Positions 1 to 11,528 of a stretch of 64,000 nt of DNA are shown piece after piece. The DNA is taken from contig NMRA01000043.1 in assembly GCA_002633005.1 (NCBI GenBank), positions 43,573 to 107,572 of the forward strand, given 5' to 3'. The notes under the pieces are model-generated. The model did not search any database, was not told the DNA's origin, and was given only the letters and a program-made list of their open reading frames with translations. The translations under genes and the position numbers were made by a program. Numbering within the stretch: the first letter of the stretch is position 1; every line of letters begins with the position of its first letter. This stretch comes from Phoronis australis. Taxonomy: Eukaryota; Animalia; Phoronida.

Positions 1-92
1 GGAGGGAGAGTGTTAGAGGTAGGAGTGGGTGGGAGGGAGAGTGGGAGAGGTAGAAGTGGGTGGGAGGGAGAGTGGGAGAGGTAGGAGTGGGT
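1..92. repeat. G-rich minisatellite, 31-bp unit (gggagggagagtgggagaggtagRagtgggt), about 3 copies, truncated by window start
   Basis: Units at 1-30, 31-61 and 62-92 read directly. Confidence 0.9.
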
Positions 93-385
93 GATTGAAG
101 ATAGCGGTGTTGTTGGTGGATAATTGTAGTAATAGAATGAATCAGAAAGTAGGAACTGTCATGTGTGGTTACTTTTTGACAGGCATATCCAAAATTTTGT
201 GAGTGAATTTCTTCCAGCAGGTTTGTCTGTCTACAGTGAGGTATCATCACACTGCTTTGAGTGTCCCAGGAGGTACTTGTGACACTGTGGTCTTCAAAAT
301 GTCATACTCTCCAATATCATATTTGGTTGTTCTTTACTTATTGATGTCTTATATAATTTCTCAGGATTAAATTATGTGCTCAATT

Positions 386-508
386 CAGTGGCGGATTTAG
401 AGGGGGGCCAAGGGGGCCATGACCCCCCTAAAACTCTCCCAGATTCCATTTGGCAGTTGGGGGGTGCAAATGTCTGACGAGCAACTAAAAATCCTAAATC
501 CGCCCCTG
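386..508. mobile_element. MITE, CAGTGGCGGAT-end family, 5-bp TSD
   Basis: TIRs cagtggcggatttag / ctaaatccgcccctg flanked by caatt on both sides (381-385, 509-513); related copies at 11430, 18553, 26770. Confidence 0.85.
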
Positions 509-2799
509 CAATTATTGTTATTGTTCTTTGAAACATTGCTCTCATGCACTCAATTTCAATGTTCCACTGGGCCTTCTATATTTATGTTTGTTCTTCACAG
601 TGTTATGATCAGTGAAAGCGCCCTCTAGTGATATTGCATTTTCCACCGAATGCCATAATGAGCCTCATATTGTTTTCAGGCCGCAACAAACGAGGAACTT
701 TTGTCAAAAATGTATATCGGATGGGCTGCATACCTGTAATGACTGGAATGGTAAGAGGTCACCAACATTTGACCTGCGACGAGTGGGGTCACACAAGGTC
801 AATAAGTGTCTGTCTTTCCCAAGCAAAGAACAAGTTGATGCTGGTTTCCTAATTAGTGATGTGGGGGAGATAACACCAACTTTGTTGATCACCTGCCATG
901 GACTTGTTAGACCCACCAACATTGACATTTTGAACTACAGTGTATGTGCAACTTAAGTCTTCAAGGACGTTCAATAATGCTAGTTACTGGCTAGTGACAC
1001 CTGGTGACAGATAGTGAGATCACATACATCCAAGGGCGTTTGTAACTTGTAATGCATGGGGATATCCCTCCAAATAATTGCTTGATCTCTCCAAGCTCCC
1101 AAGATACTAGTGTCACTGAGCTGAGGGCAGACCAAGGAAGAGTTTGGTCTGTTATTGATTTCATTGGCGGTTGTCTTGTCTCAGACAGCCCTGTTGCCTT
1201 CTCCAGATTGTTGTCCAATGGTGTGAGAATTTAAAAGTAAGTCATTTTGTATTGTATAAGTCTTTTGTTGAGGAACTTTATTTGATGTTCAGAGTATGCA
1301 AAAGGAATAAAAACTACAATGTTGGTATCCTTGGTTGTTTTCGTGGGAAGGGGAAATGGTCTTCATTTTCTACACAGATATACAACAGTGAATGCACTCT
1401 TATTTCATAAGTACGCTATCAAAGTATTTTGCATTGTACACTTTACATATTCTTATCTGATCACTTTCTACAAGCACATCTTAATACATCAAATGTACAG
1501 TTTTATTAATACCTCACCTCCTGAAATATAGTTATGGTCACCAGGTAATGCTGCAGATTTCTGTGTATAAACTTTAGCGTATTGATGGCTCTTGCTTATA
1601 GAGGCAAGTCACTTGCTGGATTGAAATTTGGCAGAATTGTTGCTATCAAACATATGAAGCTACACAAAGATTATTGGACCAGATCTGTCTACTCTTGCGC
1701 CACCTTGTGGCAATTTTAATACTTAGGTTAGGTGTCCAATTGACCGCCTCTCATCTGCCAAACTGTTTGAAGGATATATTACCATGGACTTGAGAATGGT
1801 TGGCTTGATTTTCGGACATCTTGCGTAAGGAAGGTCAAAAACTGTGCGTACTGACCAGGAAACATGGAGTAACTGAGACCACGTGCCATGCAAGTATACT
1901 TTCTAGATTTAAGGGGGCGCTGTATACCGTCCATGGAGTGAACATTTGATTAATACACTTGCGGACCGTTCATGCATTACGTCATCTAAATGTTGCCACT
2001 TTTTAACCCCTCACGTGTCTTAATCACCACCACCACCCCGACTGTCCAGTTTCTAATTACGTCATCACAACCAGCTGCCCTGTTTAGGCAGTGATGGAGT
2101 GGTCTGTCGTTTTCTATTTAGTATAAGGTGAGCCTAGTGAAATACGATCAAATCTTGGAAGCGTGAAACGACGGGTCCCGAATTTGGAATTAGTCAATTT
2201 GCTTAGAAGATTATCTTTTCTAACCCTCTAGTTCGACTGATTACGTAACATGGGAACGCTAACTTACCAATATCAAATTGGTCTCGATTTGCTTCTTGCT
2301 CGGATCGGAAGTGAATTCTTTGTTTGTGAAAAACTGACAGTTTATTTTTCGGCGTGGCTGTCCTCGCTCATGAAACAACACAACTTGTGCAACATCGTCT
2401 CCAGCAATAACGAATAGCCCTGGTCTGTTCAAAACCCTGAAATCCTCTGAAAATGAACTAAGGGAATTTGAGTCCGTTTTCATAACAGTAGGTGGATTAA
2501 ATGAAAACTTGATTTTCGTGACGGAAAGCTGGTGTACAGCCACTTTAAAATTGTCGGTTGCCGGTTACAATTAACAGAATTAGATTTAGTTGACAAATTG
2601 GAACAATGAAACCGACACGAAATTACATCTGGAAATGTCAATTGGAAATAATCAATGGTTGGGTGGAATACGTTTTGGTCTCGGCTCTGCGAAATAGAAT
2701 ATCAAGTACTCAGAAAGCAAACAATTGCGCGTGAAAAAAATAGGATTAAATCCCGTTATTGGCAGTACATTTGGGAGCTACAAAGTGTGAGGTCGCAAA

Positions 2800-3118
2800 A
2801 TGGTTGCGCTTAACTTAACCTGTTGTTCTGTCTTGCTGGTTTTTGTTACGTGTTGCTCTGCTGAGGGTGAATGGTTTAAAAAAACCAACGACTATAAAAA
2901 CGGCAGAAATATCAGCGCGAGACACAATGCCGCAGATTTCTTCGAATGTGCAGCATTGTGCTTGAAGAGGAGATATGCCGATGAAAACTTGTGCGCGGCG
3001 GTCAACTACCAGCTCGAGGAAAAGTTATGCGAACTGTGCAACTCATGCCCCGCGACGCCTGTACCTGCTCCTGGGTGGTCCTTCTGGACAATTTCAGATC
3101 AGCCGCTCAGCACGTTTG
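2800..3118 (+). CDS. Exon 1 of secreted PAN/apple + Caspr-type fibrinogen-like protein, paralog A (signal peptide + PAN domain)
   Basis: MVALNLTCCSVLLVFVTCCSA signal peptide; CAALC...CAAVNY...CEL PAN-like Cys pattern; phase-1 donor TTTG|gtaag at 3119; conserved in paralog B. Confidence 0.85.
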
Positions 3119-4107
3119 GTAAGTTACCCGAGAAAGTAAACGCACCTTCTATTTCAAACCCTAACTTAAAATTGAGAACAAGTGAACACAATTTGGCCAT
3201 GTATGTGTTTAGTAGAAAATTGGACAATTTGTTATATCTTTCTGTGTGACGATGAAAAAGTTGCGAGCGTGGGGAGCGGCGGGCGTGGCGACACTCGTGC
3301 GGGCGTTGCAGTGGACCGTAGATGTCCAGCCGCCTGGTGAGTATGACTGACTTGACGTCCACGATGTTTCTAAAATCCTTACTTTGGTACGGTTTGTGTG
3401 ACTTTTGAGGAGCGGGTGGAGACCCCTTCACTGAAATTTATTCAGGTTGGCTCAGCTTTCAAAATGCTTAAGTCTGGCAGAGACGGAATCAACTATGGCT
3501 TTTCGTGGGTACAGAGTGTCAGAAATCGTTTTATTTTTACTAAGTTGACGGCCCTCTCCAAAGTCTAGCAGTGGCAAGCGAAACTTCAAATTGTTTAATG
3601 CGGACATCAGCCAGCTGTTGGAAATGGAATCGAGACAAATGTGCGGCACCTAATTTCGTGATTCCTGATGCTTATGTCATAGAAAACTTAGTGAAAAGCA
3701 GATTTAACATTTTGTGAAAAAGTGAATCGTCCATTTTGTGAATTTCGGTTTCTGATTAGCGTTTCTGTAGGTGTTTCAATATTGCTTAGTTTTATCGCCA
3801 GTCAATGGATGGCGTTGCTAATATCGAATTAGCCTCTTCCGTTCCGCAATGTAAGTGTCGTGTTGGCGAACACGTTCATGTTTTACTCGCACTAATTCCA
3901 GCTAGTCTTGAAACAGAAGGACAAAAAGTACCCAAGATACATAACAAATTTCGCGAAACGGTCGAGTTTAACAGCACCGTCAAGTGGTGGATCGTGTGAG
4001 CCAATAATGGTATCATTTGGCAACACACAATAAATACAACTGTTATTTTGTTGCACAACTACGAATAGTCTTCAGTCACATGGTATTCATTCTTGTTTTT
4101 CGTCTAG

Positions 4108-4706
4108 CTTCCTGCGAAGATTGGAAGAAAACGGGCTGTACTGAGGATGGAGAGTATACTGTTGACTCGGATGGACAAGGTGGCCTGCCGGAATTTACTG
4201 TAGAATGCAAAATGAATGGACCGTCAGAAGCATCCGAGACCATAATTCATCACGACCGTGAGGAGAAGGCTGATGCCGGCAATTGTGAATGTGCGGTTTG
4301 CTGCGTCGTTCACGTAACCTATACGATTACCATTGAACAAATTGTTTCGGTGGTTAATGCGTCAACACGTTGTGAACAATTTATTTCATATGATTGCTTT
4401 CGTGCCGGTTTACATTTGAAAAACTTCCCCCGCCAAGCGAACGGTTTCTATTCACGAGATGGAACGTTGCAAGATTATTGGGGCGGAGCTGTGGCAGGAA
4501 GCAAAAGTTGCGCATGCGGCATGAACAACACTTGTGCCGGTTCTGCGAAATGCAACTGTGATGAAAAGGTCACCAAGTGGCTCTCAGATTATGGGCATAT
4601 TACTGATAAAAACATCCTCCCCGTAACTAAAGTGGGGTTTGGAGATTTGGGCGATGTCGATGAAAAGGGGAAATACCAACTTGGGCCACTTAGATGTTTT
4701 CCTTAA
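4108..4706 (+). CDS. Exon 2 of paralog A: contactin-associated-protein/neurexin-IV-type fibrinogen-like domain (spliced product about 305 aa)
   Basis: Acceptor tcttgtttttcgtctag| matches phase 1; motifs SCEDW, DGEYTVDxDG, TIIHHD, CEQFISYDC, YWGGA, CACG, CNCD, LPVT, LGPLRC; stop TAA 4704-4706. Confidence 0.88.
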
Positions 4707-4909
4707 AGAGTTCCCACCATGCATTTTCTTACTTTTTCAGGTTTCAGTTAGCTAATATGAATCGAATACCATAAAATCTTGCTAAATAGGCACTTTTTAT
4801 GCCAAATAGTCGCAACTTTTTTAATTTTGAAGAAAAATACTTATTTCTAACTTTCCCGCCAAATGATGCAATGGGTGGAAGACGGTTGGCCGCTTGACAA
4901 TCATTTGCA

Positions 4910-5110
4910 ATGTCGGAACACTGCAGGTTAGAAGACAATGACAATATTGGGCGAGAATTGGACAATTATTATATAGACAGAGAGGAGAGTGGATACGGGC
5001 ATCACACTCAAGTAACTGAAGAATCAGACAATGAACTCGATTTCCCATTGAGCGAACTTTCGTCGGCTTTGAGGCCGTATGAATTCGACCCACGTGCACG
5101 AGAAATGACA
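4910..5110 (+). pseudogene. N-terminal fragment of Kolobok accessory (KolX / P2X7-C-terminus-like) ORF
   Basis: Acidic stretch followed by ALRPYEFDP, resembling the PYxFEP motif at the start of this protein family; points inward from the left TIR. Confidence 0.45.
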
Positions 5111-5809
5111 TATGTGAGCCACAACCAACTTTACCAAGTGGTGCTCAATACTCACAAAATAGACACTTAATAATTACTGACAAAGGCCACAGCAAACCTG
5201 GGTTACTCTTATTCACTATTGCCGTGATGGAATGAGCACAGTCTGAACACAATATGCATAAGCCTATTTGTAGTAGCACTCGATCTGGGCCGGTGTCCAG
5301 GGCCTGGCATCACTCGCCCTAGGCAATGACCACCGCCTCTGTTGGCCCGAAGCAGAGGCGATGTAGAGGCTATAGGCGCTCTGTACGCCGGAAGCTTTTC
5401 GGCGAATTATGCCTCGCACCGACTAAACCATCAAAGTCACGTTGTTACAAATACCTTTTGCGCATAGAGGAACACCTTAGGAGGTTGTCGATGTGTTTAA
5501 TTCCTTCCAACTCGAACAAATACTCCCGTTATGAAACTTTTTCTTCGAGCAGTCCCTATTTCAGTTCCCAAAATCGTGAACTCAACTTTTTTATNACAAA
5601 ATAGACACTTAATAATCACTGACAAAGACCACAGCAAACCTGGGTTACTCTTATTCACTATTGCCGTGATGGAATGAGGACAGTCTGAATACAATATGCA
5701 TAAGCCTATTTGTAGTAGCACTCGATCTGGGCCGGGGTCCAGGGCCTGGCATCACTCGCCCTCGAGTGGAAGCAGTTTGTTCGTTATTTACAAAATTTGC
5801 AAATGCACT

Positions 5810-6216
5810 TACTTGGTGGTGAGTCCTTCATTGTAACGCCTCTTATGTGTGTGGTCGAAACACGATTCTTTGAAATGTGCCGATCAAAGTGTGGCTTACG
5901 TCAAACTGAATCCCATGTTCCACACTGACACTCCACACTCTTGTTCGACGCACAATCATGGGTGGCACAGCACTGAAAAAAGTGGGGGCTAACCCCCCCC
6001 CCACAGCCCTCCTGTGGTGCACCGCCTATAGACCATGGGCGGCTTAGCCCTGAAAAAGTGGGGGGTTATAGCCCTACCCCCAGGCCCCTCTAGTGCGCCG
6101 CCCATGACAAAACGATGACATTTCTGTGCAACTTTCACGTATTTAGGAAATTTGAACACAAAGACGTTCTCAGTCAAGTTGTTGTTACCGCAGTTTCCAC
6201 AAACGCGCCTTTTCAT
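5810..6216 (-). pseudogene. THAP zinc-finger N-terminus of transposase, split by a MITE doublet and frameshifted
   Basis: MKRRVCGNCGN...VFKFPK...RFV[MITE]RRTRVW...SAHFKESCFD, matching the THAP C-x2-C...FP...W...CSxHF layout. Confidence 0.65.
5957..6106. mobile_element. Tandem pair of ~75-bp MITEs (CATGGGCGGC...GCCGCCCATG ends)
   Basis: Units 5957-6031 and 6034-6106; flanks acaat/acaaa (near-perfect 5-bp TSD); removing them restores the THAP reading frame. Confidence 0.7.
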
Positions 6217-6631
6217 GTCTGAAAAAGACGGCTCCCCGCGAACTTTCTTCACAACCCCTCAGTATCGCACTGGTAAAACAACAACAGCTGAGGCGGTCTT
6301 CCACCCATTGCGTACAAACTCGATTACAGAAAAATATATTTTTGAAAATTTTAGCTTGTTTCGTAGCAACAGGTGTACTAAAGGCTATTAAATCTGTTAA
6401 GATGTAATAATAAAATTCTTTTTCGAAACACAGGGTCATGGTGGGAACTCTTTAAATTGAGTTGGACCGTATTAACAACTCAACGGTTCCGAGTGTTTCT
6501 GACATTGAATTCCATGCCATCTTATTAAGCTACTTTTATGTGAAACCTGCTTGTAAATAATGTAAACATCGATGCAGTTTGAAATAAATTTTGTCATCAA
6601 AATTAAAAAAATTATCTTTCTAGCGCTCATG

Positions 6632-7000
6632 CCCTTACAAAAATGAACTTAAGTTTTCATCGAAAAACTTAAGTTTTTGGTCTGAAAAACTTAAGTTTTC
6701 ATTCACGAAAACTTAAGTTTTTGGCGAAAACTTCAGTATTTTGGAACAATTTTTTGGAACGAACTTAAATTTTCATAACTTAAGTTTTCAAAAGATTAAA
6801 TTTTTCAAAAACTTAAGATCTTAAAACTTAAGTTTTAAAAAGTTGTTCCAAAATACTTATTAATAATTAATAAGGTTTTAGAAAACTTAAGTTTCAGAAA
6901 ATTAAGTTTTTGAAAAATTTACGTTTTGGAACAAGTTTTAAGTAACAAACATAAATTTAAGTTTTTCAAAACTAAGTTTTCAGAACATAAGTTTCCAAAA
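6632..7000. repeat. AT-rich array of palindromic AAAACTTAAGTTTT motifs, probably subterminal repeats of a DNA transposon end
   Basis: More than 10 degenerate aacttaagtttt motifs; begins with ccc exactly where homology to duplication copy B stops. Confidence 0.6.
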
Positions 7001-8426
7001 GCAAAATGTTTCAATGGGACAAGCATTCAAAAATTTCGATTTTCACTAAAACAAGAGTGGGGTACAGTAACAAATTTAATGATTCTCATACAAGATTTAA
7101 GAAACTAGAATTCTATTAACATTCCATTAACAGTGATTAATTTCAGAAAATAAAATGCACTAGTTCCTTAAAATAAGTGAGCATAAGTAAAATATCAAAA
7201 TCTTAAAAACCAGAAACATTTAAAAAATCAGTTCATCAAGTGTCATGCATACAATGCAGTGAAAACTAAGTGAAGCTAATAATATATTCATATTTGCATC
7301 GTTCTCAGTCTTTGACACTACCACTCCTCTGTATCTTCTTAGTTCTTGAATGTATTTTCATGAAACTCGCCAAACAGATGTCTGTTAAAGTCCTTGTTGC
7401 AAACGGCCCATGTGGTTCTAGTATCCGAAAATACTTACTACATAAAATCTTATTTTCGACACCCTTCCTTTACATTCTTTTCGCCTTTCTTGCCAAAAGC
7501 GATTTTTCAACCGTATTTGACCCTTTTCTCTGAGCGTATGATTACCGGTTGTCATCGATTATTTCCGTACCCACATTTCCGGCTCATCAGTTCAGGAACT
7601 TGTCCTGAACGCCGCCATTTTTTCCTTGTAACTGAATGTGCTATGGCTTGCTCGAAAAGTCTTCATTATATTGTTTTATTAGTAATATATCGTGATTCGT
7701 TTGCATATGTAGTGTATTTATAGTTTGTAGTTTGTGGTCGTTGATTTTTTTTTGGAATGTTACGCGTACTTAGTATGTTAAAATAGCATTGGTGTTTAGT
7801 TCCTTACGTAGGCCGGTCGAACCTAGGAACCAATATGGGTCGAACCAATTTTTTTCGGTTTTATTTTTTTCCTCGTTTTGAAAAAGTACTTTGCTATCAT
7901 CGGAAAGGTAGTACATTCTACTCAGTAAAAATCGAAAAAGTATCAAAATCGGGGCAAGCACTGTAAAGTTATTGCAAGTTTTGTGGCGAAATTTGGGTCA
8001 CTTTGTTTGGATCGCGTCGGCCATATTGGAGGACAGCGGGATGAGTTACGAGTTTAAAACTTTGTGTAAATTGTTTTCGCCAACAAATTACGGTGAAATT
8101 TAGTTAGACATATCTTTACTTACTATTCTGCACGATTTAGCAGTGTTCACCAAATTTCAGCCTCGCAGTTGTTACTCATTAAGTGATAAATGTGCTCACA
8201 ATTCCCGTTGGACTTCGTCTCATTTCTGGCGGCACCTACAATGTCGACTTTTGCTGAACTGAAAGGCATGTTCAATCGGCTACTTTGTAATTTGTGAAGA
8301 TTTAACGTTGATACATTTTGACAAACGTTGCTACAAAAAAGAAACTTTGTTCAATTTTCGTGTTTTTTGTGTTTGTGGCCAGCGACCAGTTAGGCCTAAG
8401 GGTAGTCTTGGCGCAAAGCTGCCTCC

Positions 8427-8567
8427 CGTTCAGTAACGCTAGGACCTCGCTAAAAAGCAAGACTTCGCGAGAATACGTGAGATTTCGCCGTGTATTTTGA
8501 ATAAGAACACGTGACTTTGACTAGGTTTTAGCTAGGTCCTAGCGTAGGTCCTAGCGTCTACTGAACG
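8427..8567. mobile_element. Small inverted-repeat element (MITE-like)
   Basis: cgttcagtaacgctaggacct ... aggtcctagcgtctactgaacg. Confidence 0.5.
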
Positions 8568-11429
8568 CACGCCTGTATAGGCCTACTAACAAGCTGTATT
8601 TTGACTATAGTCTTCACTGGTGGCGGGTGACTGAGGCTAACTAAAGTCTGCCGCGGCAGTGTTACACAGGACTAACCAGCCCGTAATTTCATGCAAGTAT
8701 CTGAAACTACCCTTGAATATATGCAGCATTTATCATTTGACCATTTTACTTCGACAAAACAGCTTGCAACCGCATGCATTTTCCGTTCGCCAGTGTCTGG
8801 TCTCGATCCGCACCAGGTCCGATAGGCTGCGGTCCCGAGTCTGGCAAAATAATTTCTGTCAAAATTTATTCGCCACATTTCTTCAGCAAATTCGATAAAA
8901 TTGTCTGTAGTTTGATTTTATTAAAATTAAGGCGCGCTGTCGATCATTTTATACCCGTTTGCTGGCTGGTAACAGTACAGGCACTGCTCGAGTCGCACTG
9001 ACGGCGTTTTCTCGGCCTGGGTTCCTGAATGAATTGAACTTCCGGGTTCGCGGCAAGTTCAAAATGGCGGTGTTTCTTCGGGTGCGAATCGTGAGTGGCG
9101 CGTTCATTTAAACTGTTTTTGAGTACGGATCGTGTATTAGTTATGGGGTAGGTACTTCTTGGATCCTTATAACTTCTTCTAACCATGTAATAAGGGTTAA
9201 CAACGCGTGAGACCAGGACTTTAAGGAGACGACAACGCCTTCCCTGTTTTGGACAGATTTGAAGTTTTCTACACCACCTGTTGACCATTTTTTGCGTATG
9301 TTTTTGACGTCTGCCTCTCTGCCTGCCGGACCACCCAAAGGGCGATTACGAAAATTGACATTTTTGTTCCTTATGCAAGGACCCTGGTTGATGTTAATTT
9401 TGGGATGTTTTGACCATTCTGAATCACCTTAAGGGCAATTTAAGCTTGTCTGCGTCTGCGGCTGCATCCCTTTAACCCTTTGAAGAGTCTGCGAAATTTG
9501 GCATTTGGGCTTTTCTAGAAATGGCAACAAATGACGACGAGTTTCAGACCAATTGGAGTGTACATATAGCTGTGCCCCCTAATGTCAATTATTTCTGCCT
9601 CTATATCTTAGGAGTTACATGGCTTATTTTCATGAAATTTGGCAAATAGTTGGATTTTACAGAGACGACGCTTCCTTTTTAATTCGCCGGGATTGGCGCA
9701 TTCTGTGCCATCTAATGGCTATTTTATGATACTAAACACGCCCATGGAAGCACATCGTTTGCGGTGTTGTCGTGGGCACATTTCAACGCTCTGCGTTGCT
9801 CTTATTTATATTACTATTATCCCCTTTTATTTTCACCTTTTGGTACACTATTAGTTTTAGAATAATATTTTTCAGCCTGTCAGGCATGCAAAATTATGAT
9901 TATTTATGAATTAAATTACGTTATTGTTCGCTTTTGCTATAATCACACACCGTCAACAACTGATGAAGGGCTTTCTAATCATGCAATTCGATTAAAAAAC
10001 TACGGAGTTGCGAAAAGTTTTAGTGACAGAAAATTTCATAGGAGTAACAACACCGGGTCAAACAAATGCAAACAAATGGCACGCACGCAACCTCATGAGG
10101 TAGAATTTGGCATGCCGGATCTACATGTACACTTCTATGATAACCTACTTGTTGACTATCTCTGCCTCCCGGTAATGTGAGCTACCAACAAAAAGGTTAG
10201 TTTTTCCATAATTATTGCCTTCGGGATTCTCTCTACGGTCTATGGTTTCTTTTGCTATACACGTATCATGCAAAACAACTTTTGAATAGGACAGATTTAA
10301 AGCCGCCTGATTACACACGATATGTTCGCAATACTGTAAATGGTGCGTAAACATGTACCCTGGCAATTGCTGGGGCTTTTTAAGGGAGTCCTCGAATGTA
10401 ACAAAGGGTTCAACTTGTGGAAAATGGGCTCATATTACCTTGCTAGCAAATTTCACGACAGTGATCATCTCATTAATATCGATCGTAACGATATTCAACC
10501 GCGTTGACCATGACGGATACCTAACTATATAGCTGTCAACCCAAGTCGTGCAAAATTCGAAATAAACCTAACAACCGTGTAAGGAGGCCGCGGCAGTTTA
10601 CATATTTTATGACTTAACTATTACAATAATCACCTTTTTTTGAAACTATTTTCTTTACGCACAAATTCCTTTGGCAGGGACTTGCATTTACTGACATTTA
10701 TTCCAACTAGTCGAGACAGCATACGTAATTTGTTAACACATGTAATCTTAACATAGGCCTTCCCCAGAAAAAAATTCATTTGTGAACAAATCAAATACTT
10801 TTTCAATATCACTTTTCTAGTTGGCATGGTGTTGATCCCATCACAGAAACTTTGATCGACCGTTATTAATGCGCCAACATATCTCAGTAATCCACTCTCA
10901 TCATGAATACATAACAACAAAATGTTGTTTTGACAAAATCACCGTAGCGCAGGCTTCATACAGTAGGTCACCTGGTGCAAAGTGATATACGCAAGCCTGG
11001 AACAGTATAGGAGAGTATTAAAAATTGCTTCAATTTGTACTTAAATCTTTTATTGTTGATAGAGGGATGATTTTGTTGGGAATTAAATCGAAAAGGCACA
11101 CTTTCGTTTGGATTTTTCGTGACAGTCCCATTTATGGGGAAAATGATCGTACTAAGTCACCCATGAAGCGACACGTCCTGTACACCTCGTTTCTAGGTGA
11201 TAATTCCTCGGTGTGAAACTTGTGGTAAGGTTTTATATCAATTATTATGTGACTTGCCAACTGAATGACATTTCTGTATACATCCTACTAAGCTGAGATT
11301 TCTTTCTCAAGAATATCTATTAGAATTCGAGTACGTCTGCACATTTTGTCCGTCATAGGCTGCAATAAGTAGGCACGTTTCTTGTCTTTCTCGAATATTA
11401 CATTCAAGCTGTTCCAAATCATGGTCATG

Positions 11430-11528
11430 TCTGAAACTCTCGGCAGTTCGGGCGTGCAAATGCCTGACGGGCAAAATCCTGGCAAATATTCTACCTCCCC
11501 CCAACTCAAAATCCTGGTTCCGCTCTGA
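11430..11528. mobile_element. Right-half fragment of the CAGTGGCGGAT MITE family
   Basis: ggcagttcgggcgtgcaaatg...caactcaaaatcctggttccgc matches copies at 18553 and 26770. Confidence 0.6.

Larger units (their letters stand above)
4707..6451. mobile_element. Non-autonomous Kolobok-like DNA transposon (internal deletion derivative)
   Basis: Perfect 15-bp TIR agagttcccaccatg / catggtgggaactct; TTAA TSD (4703-4706, 6452-6455); absent from paralog B; contains a THAP relic (-) and an acidic ...PYEFDP ORF start (+). Confidence 0.8.
1606..6631 (+). repeat. Segmental duplication copy A (promoter region, PAN-fibrinogen-like gene, 3' UTR)
   Basis: Aligns by eye with 47227-47547 plus ~51440-54369, from aagtcacttgctggattg to gcgctcatg; interrupted by insertion 4707-6451. 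Confidence 0.92.

Noticed and set aside
95-1400. Coding-like composition on the minus strand
   Set aside because: All frames are interrupted and I could not recognise a convincing motif; possibly an old transposon relic
5154-5762. 168-bp direct repeat as LTRs or long terminal direct repeats
   Set aside because: The second copy starts immediately after an n (5595) and lacks TG...CA ends; more likely an assembly overlap
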